From: Alphaproteobacteria bacterium
Lineage (GTDB): Bacteria; Pseudomonadota; Alphaproteobacteria; UBA828
Direction: 5' to 3'
Length of the DNA: 64,000 nucleotides
Assembly (NCBI GenBank): GCA_963422645.2
Contig: CAXXVO010000008.1
Coordinates: 384,001-448,000, forward strand
Shown here: one piece after another, positions 47,872 through 57,779 of the stretch
How the letters are laid out: the number at the start of each line of letters is the position of its first letter
How positions within the stretch are numbered: position 1 is the first letter of the stretch
The notes under the pieces: model-generated
What the model saw: the letters and a program-made list of their open reading frames with translations, nothing else
What the model was told of the DNA's origin: nothing
The model's database searches: none
Translations under genes and position numbers: made by a program

Positions 47872-47894
47872 GAGCGCGCGCGCCTATGGCGCCT

Positions 47895-48683
47895 CTATCG
47901 CGCAGTCGTGCCGCCGTCGATGGGGAGCAGCGTGCCGGTGACGAAGCCGGCGGCGTCGGAGGCCAAAAACATCACCGCGTGGGCGATATCGAGCGGCTGG
48001 CCCACCTTGCCGAGCGGGATGTGGTCCTTGAGCTTCTCGCGGATCTCCTCCGACGAGAGGTCGAGGTGCGCCCAGCCCAGGTCGGTCATGGGCGTGTCGA
48101 TATCGCCGGGGCAGACCGCGTTGACGCGAATGCCGTCGCGTGCGTGATCCATCGCCATGCACTTGGTCAACATGACGATGGCGCCCTTGGTCGCGCTGTA
48201 GGCGGGCAGCCGTTCGTAAGCGATCAGCCCGCATTCCGACGACATATTGATAATTGCGCCGCCATCGCCCTGCGCCTTCATCTGGCGCACGGCGGCCCGC
48301 GCCATATAGAAGCTGCCACTGACATTGATGCCGATCAGGTGGTCCCAGTCGTCGTCCGAGGTCTCGTCCACCGGCCCGTGCAGACAGATGCCGGCATTGT
48401 TGAAGAGCACGTCGAGCCGGCCGAAGCGGTCCACCGTCTCGTCCACCAGCCGGTTGCAGTAGGCGGAGTTCGCCACACCGCCGAGACTGAGGGCAGCGCT
48501 GCCGCCGCTGCTCACGATGGCGTCCAGCACCGCACCGCCGCGCGCCGCATCGCGCCCGTTGATCATGACGTTGGCGCCGTGGGCGGCGAAGGCCTCGGCA
48601 GTGCCTTCGCCGATGCCGGAGCTGGCACCGGTGACCAGCACCGTCTTCCCGGCGAATGCGTCGTTGGCGAAGACTGAGGTCAT
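47895..48683 (-). CDS. Short-chain dehydrogenase/reductase
   Basis: TGASSGIG, NNAG, YSATK, VCPG.IDT. Confidence 0.93.
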   Translation of the reverse strand: MTSVFANDAFAGKTVLVTGASSGIGEGTAEAFAAHGANVMINGRDAARGGAVLDAIVSSGGSAALSLGGVANSAYCNRLVDETVDRFGRLDVLFNNAGICLHGPVDETSDDDWDHLIGINVSGSFYMARAAVRQMKAQGDGGAIINMSSECGLIAYERLPAYSATKGAIVMLTKCMAMDHARDGIRVNAVCPGDIDTPMTDLGWAHLDLSSEEIREKLKDHIPLGKVGQPLDIAHAVMFLASDAAGFVTGTLLPIDGGTTAR

Positions 48684-48724
48684 GGGAGCCTCCCTTTGGG
48701 CCGGTTGCGCCTTGCAACCTTGGT

Positions 48725-50170
48725 TTAGCTTGCGAGGACCGGCGGCCGCCGGTCCTTCCAGGGCTTCGCCGCCTCCAGCTGGCCAGCGAGGCGGAAGAGC
48801 GTGCTCTCGTCGCGTTCGCGGCCCACGAGCTGCACGCCGACCGGTAATCCGTCCGCCGTCATGTGCAGCGGCAGCGACATGCCGGGCAGGCCGCAAGCGT
48901 TGAAGGGCGCCGTAAACACGGCATCCGGACCCATCAGCTCGGTGTTGTAGCGGTCGATGTCGCCCATGGTCATCGGGTAATGGCCGTGGCGGCGGGCGGG
49001 ATGGCCGATCACCGGCATCAGGTGAACGTCGCAGTCCGCGAGGCTCGCGACCAGATCGCGGCTGATCTGGCGCAGCTCGTTCACGTCGCGGTAGTGCTGC
49101 GGGCCGTCGATGGTCTTGCCCCTCTGGATGATTGCCCAGATCAGCGGCGCGACATCGTCTTCGGTCGCGGGACGGCCGATGAGCGCCTCGGAATCCTCGA
49201 AGCCCGACGCGGTCTGGGCGGCGGTCATCTGCGTATACGCGGACCAGAAGGGTTCCCAGTCCAGGGCGAGCTCCCGTTCTTCCACTTGATGACCGAGGCT
49301 TTCGCAGAGCGCCGCGGCATCGCGCACGGCCTGCACCACCTCGGCGTGGATGGGGAGCCCGGCCGGCGACGCCGTGGTGACGCCGATACGGAGCGTGCCG
49401 GGGTCGCGCCCCACCTCGTCCAGGTAGGGCGTTGCCGGCATATCGGTGTAGTAGACGTCGCCGGTCACCCGCCCGCCGACCGCGTCCAGATAGGCGGCGG
49501 TCTCGCGCACCGTGTGGGTCACGGTGAGGAAGGAGGCCCCGCCGTACCAGTAGTCGGGGTAGGGATTGAGCGTCACCCGGCCGCGCGAGGGCTTGAGCCC
49601 GACCAGCCCGCAGTGGGAGGCCGGCACCCGCGTCGAGCCGGCGCCGTCGCTCGCATCGACGAAGGGCACCATGCGGGACGCCAGCGCCGCCGCCGCGCCG
49701 CCGCTGGAGCCGCCCGGCGTCCGCTCCAGGTTCCAGGGGTTGTTGGCGCGGCCGAAAAGCGCGGGCTCGGTCGCGAGGCACCAGCCGAACTCCGGCGCGT
49801 TGCTGCGGCCGAGCAGCACGAACCCCGCCTCCTTGATCCGCCGCGTGTAGGTCATGTCGGCGGGACAGACGAAGTCCTTGAAATAGGAGCAGCTGTTGAC
49901 CAGCGGGATGCCCTCCCAGAGCGTGCCGAGATCCTTGAGCAGGAAGGGCACCCCCTTGAAGGGGCCATCGGGCAGCGCCGGGTCTGCGGCGGCCTTCCGC
50001 CCATAGTCGAAGAGCGGGATGGAGACCGCGTTCAGCACAGGGTTCAGCGCCTTGATGCGGCGGATCGCCGCCTCGGCGAGCTCGCTGGGCGTGACCTCGC
50101 CCGCCTTCACCAGCCGGGCGATCTCGAGCGAATCCCTCTGGTCGAACAGGGCTCCGATATCGGCGCTCAT
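48725..50170 (-). CDS. Amidase signature family protein
   Basis: 'GVPFLLKD', 'GGSSGG', 'SDGAGSTRVPASHCG', 'GLPVGVQL'. Confidence 0.95.
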   Translation of the reverse strand: MSADIGALFDQRDSLEIARLVKAGEVTPSELAEAAIRRIKALNPVLNAVSIPLFDYGRKAAADPALPDGPFKGVPFLLKDLGTLWEGIPLVNSCSYFKDFVCPADMTYTRRIKEAGFVLLGRSNAPEFGWCLATEPALFGRANNPWNLERTPGGSSGGAAAALASRMVPFVDASDGAGSTRVPASHCGLVGLKPSRGRVTLNPYPDYWYGGASFLTVTHTVRETAAYLDAVGGRVTGDVYYTDMPATPYLDEVGRDPGTLRIGVTTASPAGLPIHAEVVQAVRDAAALCESLGHQVEERELALDWEPFWSAYTQMTAAQTASGFEDSEALIGRPATEDDVAPLIWAIIQRGKTIDGPQHYRDVNELRQISRDLVASLADCDVHLMPVIGHPARRHGHYPMTMGDIDRYNTELMGPDAVFTAPFNACGLPGMSLPLHMTADGLPVGVQLVGRERDESTLFRLAGQLEAAKPWKDRRPPVLAS

Positions 50171-50246
50171 GGGGCCTCCCCGGCTGACTGTACTCCCCGC
50201 CGCCCGGGCGTGGCGCGGCCGGCGCGTTGCACATATCCCGTGGCTC

Positions 50247-50291
50247 CGGCCTCTGCAAACGAAAAGGAGCGGGCCCTTAGGACCGCCCCGA
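50247..50291 (+). repeat. Imperfect direct-repeat copy of the groEL terminator region (left boundary of the fic islet)
   Basis: cggcctctgcaaacgaaaaggagcgggcccttaggaccgccccga versus 53201-53246 (2 mismatches, 1 indel). Confidence 0.85.
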
Positions 50292-50487
50292 TTCGAACGT
50301 CCAGCTCCCGACGCTGCCCGGTCATATACTGGACTGTTGTTCTTGGAGCAGCTCGAACAGGAGTCGAGTCATGGGAGACAAGAAGTCGTGCATATCGCCG
50401 TTCCATTCGGTTGTATCCGCGTGGCGAAGCGCTTGCACGTACCGGTCCCTGTTCTCGGGCCTGCGAAGAAGCTCGGGGAGAATGATC

Positions 50488-52375
50488 GTAACTGCCCAGG
50501 TCGTCTGATTTGTCATTTTGGGCCAGTGGATTGAGGCGTTTCTCGTTCGGAGTTGGTGGAAAGGGCTTGACGGGAATTTCGGGAAATGACTCAACAACGA
50601 CATGAGCAATCCCGAGTCGCCGCGCGGCCCTTCGACGGGAGCAGCGCCCGAAACGCCCGCGCAGAAGATCGCCCGCCTGGAGGAGGAGAACGCCCGGCTT
50701 CGGGAGGAAAATGCCTGGCTTCGGCAGCAGAACGCGCGGCTGGAAGAGCAAGTCGCGCGTCTCGTCGAGCGCATCGAGGAGTTGGAGCGCCGTCTCGGCC
50801 TCAACAGCGGCAACAGCGTCAAGCCGCCTTCGAGCGATGGGCTGAGGAAGCCGAATTCGAAGCGGCGAACCCGAAGCCTGCGCGGCAAATCGGGCCGCAA
50901 GCCCGGTGGCCAGCCCGGCCACAAGGGCAAGACGCTGCGCCGCGCCGATCACCCGGATCGGGTGAAGGATCACGTCCCGGCTTCCTGCAAGGGATGCGGT
51001 TCGCCGCTTTCGGACGCGGCCAGGGCGGGAACGCCCGTCGCCCGCCAGGTGTTCGATCTGCCCGAGCCGAGCCCCCTGGAGGTGACCGAGCACCGGGCGC
51101 ATGCCAAGTGCTGCGGGCATTGCGGGACGGTGACCCGGGCGGCGTTCCCCGACGGGGTGTCGGCGCCGGTGCAGTACGGCCCGCGCATTGCCGGGGTGGC
51201 GGTCTACCTTCAGCACGCTCACTTCCTGCCGGAGGATCGGCTGTCGCAGGTGATGGCCGAGCTCTTCGGCGCGCCGGTGACGGCTGCGACGTTGGCGACG
51301 ATGAGCGAGAGGGCGGCCGAGCGGCTGCGGGACGCGGCCTTGCACATACAGGACCTGGCGGCGGGCACGGCGCGGGTGAAACACATGGACGAGACCGGCT
51401 TGCGGATCGGCGGTCAGACGCAGTGGCTTCATGTGATCTGCACGCCGCTGCTGGCGGCGTACCGGGTCAGCGGCAAGCGCGGCGCCCTGCTCTCGGGTGT
51501 CTCCGGCATCGTCGTGCACGATCACTGGAAGCCGTACTTCGCGATGGAAGGGGTGGAGCACGGCCTGTGCAACGCCCATCACCTGCGGGAGTTGCAGGCG
51601 CTGGTGGACATCGAAGGGGAGGCTTGGGCCCGGCGGATGCAGCAGCTCCTGCGCCGAGCCAATCGCGCCGCCCGCATCGCGCTGGACAAGGATATCGCCG
51701 TTCCGGCGAGGCTTGTGGCGCTGATCGAGCGCCGATACGACGAGATCATCGCCGATGCGCTGGCCTTTCACGAGAGCCAACCACCGTTCTCGCCTGGCAA
51801 GAGGAAGAAGCGCCGGAAGCGAAGGATCGGTCACAATCTGGCCTTGAGGCTGCGCGACCACAAATGCGCGGTGCTCCGGTTCCTGATCGACCTCGAGGTC
51901 GGGTTCACGAACAACGAGGCCGAGCGCGACCTTCGGATGATGAAGCTGCGCCAGAAGATCTCCGGGGGCTTCCGGTCCGCGCAGGGGGCCGAGAACTTCG
52001 CCATCCTGCGCAGCGTCATCACCACCGCCAGAAAGCAGGGCTGGAATATCATCGAAGCCCTGACCAGCCCATCGGATCGGCTCATCGCCACCGTCAAGTG
52101 CGCGTAAGCTCACCTGGCACGGGTTCTCCAACAGCGGAGCCATTCTCATAAACGATCATGGTCGACGCCGTGCTGGACCACCCCATAGAATGAAAATCGG
52201 TGCCCGTCGCGCGGGCGGACTTCGGGCCACATCGGGGTAGCTTACCGGTCGCAGTCCGCAAGAGGGGCATCGTGAGCTGTGAAACCCGGCGACCACAGAG
52301 GAGCACACGGGCGTCGCGTGGGTAGCGTTGTGCCGAATCCCAGAGAATTTTCACAGCAAGAACCTGGGCAGTTAC
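50488..52375 (+). mobile_element. IS66-family element, copy 4 (1888 bp)
   Basis: Same TIRs; TSD gaatgatc at 50480-50487 and 52376-52383. Confidence 0.97.
50602..52107 (+). CDS. IS66-family transposase
   Basis: Same protein except G>V in 'NSVKPP'. Confidence 0.95.
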   Translation: MSNPESPRGPSTGAAPETPAQKIARLEEENARLREENAWLRQQNARLEEQVARLVERIEELERRLGLNSGNSVKPPSSDGLRKPNSKRRTRSLRGKSGRKPGGQPGHKGKTLRRADHPDRVKDHVPASCKGCGSPLSDAARAGTPVARQVFDLPEPSPLEVTEHRAHAKCCGHCGTVTRAAFPDGVSAPVQYGPRIAGVAVYLQHAHFLPEDRLSQVMAELFGAPVTAATLATMSERAAERLRDAALHIQDLAAGTARVKHMDETGLRIGGQTQWLHVICTPLLAAYRVSGKRGALLSGVSGIVVHDHWKPYFAMEGVEHGLCNAHHLRELQALVDIEGEAWARRMQQLLRRANRAARIALDKDIAVPARLVALIERRYDEIIADALAFHESQPPFSPGKRKKRRKRRIGHNLALRLRDHKCAVLRFLIDLEVGFTNNEAERDLRMMKLRQKISGGFRSAQGAENFAILRSVITTARKQGWNIIEALTSPSDRLIATVKCA

Positions 52376-52845
52376 GAATGATCGTCCCGGGGAGCCACCC
52401 ACCCAGCTTGACACACAGCACGAAATAGCAGGCCGCACGCGCCGTTCTGCCGTTGCCGTTGATAAACGGATGAATCCAGTTCAGCCGCCAGAGCACGTAA
52501 GCGGCCAAGGAGACCTCATCCCAATCGTTCCAGTACCGATTCACTTCGTTGACGAAATCGTCCATCAACGCATTGACGCGATAGTGATCGGGCGGATCGT
52601 GGTCGCCGACAGTCACGGCACAAGGTCGGTATTCCCCTGCATAGGGGTGCAAGCATGCGATCGCGTGGTAGTTGATCGCCTTGACGACGGTCTGCGACAA
52701 GAAAGGCTTTCCGACTGCCACTGCAGTCTCCACGACGGATTGGAGAAAATCGTAGTGCCGACCGCCGTTTGCAACTTCGAGAGCGCGGTATGCAGGGTGA
52801 TCTTCGTTTCCCCTGACTAACTCGGAAAGTATCATGGCTCTACGA

Positions 52846-53043
52846 TCACACGGCTCGTCTTTTTATAAGTTTTTTCACCTCCTCGCGCGTAATCGTGCTT
52901 TCCCTGCTCATCGTACCCATGATGAATGACACCCTCTGCTTGTGCCTTTCTTCCGGCGTCATCGACCGGCCCGCTGCGTCCCGCAACGCCTTCAAGACCT
53001 GTGGGTCCTTCCGGTGCATTGTCATGGTCGCAGATTTCGCCAT
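52846..53043 (-). CDS. Small helical protein upstream of fic, putative antitoxin
   Basis: 65 aa, RBS ggagg, 10 bp before the fic start; 'MTPEERHKQRVSFIMG...TITREEV'. Confidence 0.6.
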   Translation of the reverse strand: MAKSATMTMHRKDPQVLKALRDAAGRSMTPEERHKQRVSFIMGTMSRESTITREEVKKLIKRRAV

Positions 53044-53200
53044 TTCCGTCCCTCCCCATCGTTGCTCAGCGCCGACAAACCGGCATGAGGTCGCACACAC
53101 AGAATGGGCACACTGGGTCTCCTTTGCAATACCGCAGCAGAATCTCGGCCGAGTAAACGATTGCAATTACGCCGCTTTTCGCGCGTTTCGGCACCAAGCG

Positions 53201-53246
53201 CGGCCACTGCAAACGAAAAGGGGCGGGCCCTTAGGACCCGCCCCGA
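53201..53246 (-). terminator. groEL intrinsic terminator (also right boundary repeat of the fic islet)
   Basis: Minus strand: ggggcgggtcc-taa-gggcccgcccc-ttttcgttt. Confidence 0.85.
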
Positions 53247-53268
53247 AACGAGAGCCTGGAAGGCTGGG

Positions 53269-54945
<1,677 letters not shown>

Positions 54946-55260
54946 CTACGCGGCCTTTTTCGACTTCTTGCCGGTCTCGACGATGGCCATGATGTCGGAC
55001 TCCTTCATGAAGAGGAGGTCGTCACCGTCGAGGGTTACTTCGTTGCCGGACCACTTGCCGAAGAGCACGCGGTCGCCAGGCTTCACGTCCAGCGGATGCA
55101 GCGTCCCGTCATCGCCTCGGGTTCCGGGGCCCACGGCCACAATCTCGCCTTCCTGCGGCTTCTCCTGAGCGGTATCGGGGATGATGATGCCGCCGGCGGT
55201 CTTGGCCTCCTCGCCAATCCGGCGCACCACGACCCTGTCATGCAACGGTCGAAAGCTCAT
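54946..55260 (-). CDS. groES: Co-chaperonin GroES
   Basis: [32 protein letters not shown]. Confidence 0.99.
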   Translation of the reverse strand: MSFRPLHDRVVVRRIGEEAKTAGGIIIPDTAQEKPQEGEIVAVGPGTRGDDGTLHPLDVKPGDRVLFGKWSGNEVTLDGDDLLFMKESDIMAIVETGKKSKKAA

Positions 55261-55303
55261 TGATTCCTCCACTTTCGTCTGTCCATTCTCTCGATAGCAG
55301 GTG

Positions 55304-55330
55304 TTAGCACTCGATAGAAACGAGTGCTAA
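55304..55330. promoter_or_regulatory. CIRCE element (HrcA operator)
   Basis: Perfect TTAGCACTC-N9-GAGTGCTAA upstream of groES. Confidence 0.97.
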
Positions 55331-55465
55331 CACCTCTGGCGCCTCAAATCAAGCGTCCGTTGCACCCGAAACGCGGTGTCGCGGTGGATTTCCGAGGTGT
55401 CCTCCGGCCTTGCATGCGCCGGCGGGCGGGCGGCAGGATGGCGCCGCAGCAGGGGATATGGAGTC

Positions 55466-56245
55466 ATGGATCTCGGTATCAAGGGGCGGCGGGCAATCGT
55501 TTGCGCGGCAAGCCGCGGCCTCGGCCGCGCCTCCGCGTTCTCACTGGCGCGAAACGGCGCCGATCTCGTCGTCAACGGGCGCGATGCGCAGGTGCTGGAG
55601 GAGACGGCGCAGGCGATCCGGGAGGAGACCGGCGTCGCCGTCGAGACCGTGGCCGGCGACATCAGCGACCCGGCGGTCCAGGCCGCGATGATCGAGGCCA
55701 GCCCCGAGCCCGATATTCTGGTCAACAACAACGGCGGCCCGCCCCGCCGCGATTTCCGGGAGATCGACCGCGACGCCTTCCTCCAGGGCGTGGTGATGAA
55801 CATGGCGACGCCTGTGGAGATGATCGGGCGCGTAGTGGACGGCATGGCCGAGCGCGGCTTCGGGCGCATCGTCAACATCACCTCGATCTCGGTGAAGATG
55901 CCGGTCCCTGGCCTCGACCTCTCCAGCGGCGCGCGCGCAGGGCTCACCGCCTTCGTCGCCGGCATCGCGTCCGGCGTCGCCCCCTGCAACGTGACGATCA
56001 ACAATCTCCTGCCCGGCTATTTCGATACCGCGCGGCTGCGCAGCAACATTGCGGCCGGCGCCAGGGCGACGGGAGCCGACCTCACCCAGTTCACGGAGCA
56101 GCAGATGGCTTTGGTTCCGGCCAAGCGCTTCGGCGACCCTGACGAGTTCGGCGAGGCCTGCGCCTTCCTCTGCAGCGCACAGGCCGGCTACATCACCGGC
56201 CAGAACCTGGTGATCGACGGCGGCCGCTACAGCAGCGTCTGGTAG
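55466..56245 (+). CDS. SDR-family oxidoreductase
   Basis: MDLGIKGRRAIVCAASRGLG, NNNGGPP, 'LSSGAR' (atypical catalytic site), ITGQNL.IDGG. Confidence 0.92.
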   Translation: MDLGIKGRRAIVCAASRGLGRASAFSLARNGADLVVNGRDAQVLEETAQAIREETGVAVETVAGDISDPAVQAAMIEASPEPDILVNNNGGPPRRDFREIDRDAFLQGVVMNMATPVEMIGRVVDGMAERGFGRIVNITSISVKMPVPGLDLSSGARAGLTAFVAGIASGVAPCNVTINNLLPGYFDTARLRSNIAAGARATGADLTQFTEQQMALVPAKRFGDPDEFGEACAFLCSAQAGYITGQNLVIDGGRYSSVW

Positions 56246-56259
56246 CGGGAGAAGCCCGA

Positions 56260-56525
56260 GCCCGCATTTCTCACCACGGTCACGGCCTGCGTCGCACCCA
56301 GGCGTTCGATCCGCCAGGAGCGGGCCGAAAAGCGTATCGGGGAATACGGTTGAGGCCCGCGACGCCGCGGGCGGGCGCCTGGGCGCGACCCGAAGGGCGG
56401 CGCTCTCCGGCCGACAGTGTGCGTCACGGCGCTTGCCCGATGTCCCCGCATCGCGCTGCGCGCCGTTCCTACCCTGTCGGCCGGAGAGCACCGCGCAGAC
56501 CATGACCGTGGTGAGAAATGCGGGC
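56260..56525. mobile_element. MITE-like non-autonomous element, 266 bp
   Basis: Perfect 23-bp TIR gcccgcatttctcaccacggtca / tgaccgtggtgagaaatgcgggc, extendable to about 32 bp with 2 mismatches. It lies between convergent genes. Confidence 0.85.
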
Positions 56526-56529
56526 CAAC

Positions 56530-57751
56530 CTACGCTTTTACCTGAAGTTCGCGAGGCCAATTCGCGAGGGTTTCCGCGCCGCTCTCGGTGATGCGAATGC
56601 TCTCGGTGATCTCGAGGCCCCAGTCCTCGAACCAGAGCGCGGGCATGAAGTGAATGGTCATATTGGGCTCAAGCACGGTGCGGTCCCCCGGTCGCAGGCT
56701 GATGGTGCGCTCGCCCCAGTCCGGCGGATAGCTGAGCCCGATGGAGTAGCCGCAGCGGCTCTCCTTGGTCAGGCCGTGCCGCGCGAGCGAGGCCGTGAAC
56801 GCGCGGTGGATGTCTTCGCAGAGGTTCCCCGGCCTCGCGGCATCCAGCCCCGCCTCGATTGCTTCCAGCAGAGCGCCTTCCGCATTGCGCTCGCGCGCCG
56901 CCGGCTTTCCGAGAAACACCGTGCGGCAGAGCGGGCAGTGGTAGCGCCTGTAGACGCCCGCGATCTCGAAAAATGTCGCCTCGCCCGCGCGCATCGGCTT
57001 GTCGTCCCAGGTGAGATGCGCCGCAGACGCATCGATGCCGGTCGGCACCATCGGCACGATGGCCGGGTAGTCGCCCCCCCGCGCCTTCGACGCCGGTGAT
57101 CGCCGCGTGGAAGATCTCCGCCACCAGGTCGTTCTTGCGCATGCCGGGCTCGACCACTTCCAGGATGCGTGCGTGCATTTTTTCCACGATACGCGCCGCA
57201 TTCTTCATGAAGGCGATCTCGGCCTCCGACTTCACGATCCGTTGCCAGTTCACGAAGCCCGTCGCGTCGAGCAGCGTCGCATCGCCCAAGTGCGTCTCCA
57301 GCGAGCGGTAGGCGGCGGCGCTGAAGTAGTAGTTGTCCATCTCGACGCCGATCCGCGCGCCGCCCCAACCACGCCCCACGATGACCTCGCTCAGGTAGTC
57401 CATCGGGTGGCGCTCGGTGGACATCACGTAGTGGTCCCCGTAGGCCACGATATCGTCGTGCGCCATGAACACGGTGCGCTTCGCCCCGTTGGCATCCATG
57501 CCGCGCCCGAACCAGACCGGATCGCCTTCGAGCGAGAGCAGCACGCACTGGTGCACGTAGAAGGACCAGCCGTCATAGCCGGTCAGCCACGCCATGTTCG
57601 AGGGGTCGGAGACGACGAGCAGGTCGAGCCCTCTCTCGTCCATCGCCCGCCGGGTCTTCGCGATCCGGGCCGCGTACTCGTCGCGCGAGAAGGGGAGATC
57701 GACCGGCGGTGGCGCGCCGCTTTCACCGGCCGTGGGCGATGTGCTCTTCAA
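56530..57751 (-). pseudogene. doeA: Ectoine hydrolase DoeA-like M24 peptidase-fold protein with a frameshift in the C-run at about 57073-57081 (possible sequencing error)
   Basis: 'DPSNMAWLTGYDGWSFYVHQ', 'GVEMDNYYFSA', then in the other frame 'GGDYPAIVP', 'GYSIGLSYPPDWGERT', 'GLEITES'. Confidence 0.85.
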
Positions 57752-57779
57752 GGCTGAACCCTCCCAGGGTGTCGTGCGG

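Larger units (their letters stand above)
50322..52835 (-). pseudogene. Fic-domain protein split by IS66 copy 4 (N-part 52376-52835, C-part 50322-50487)
   Basis: HPFINGNGRTAR motif. Removing the IS and one TSD restores '...WLPGTIILPELLRRPENRDRYVQALRHAD...'. Confidence 0.9.
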
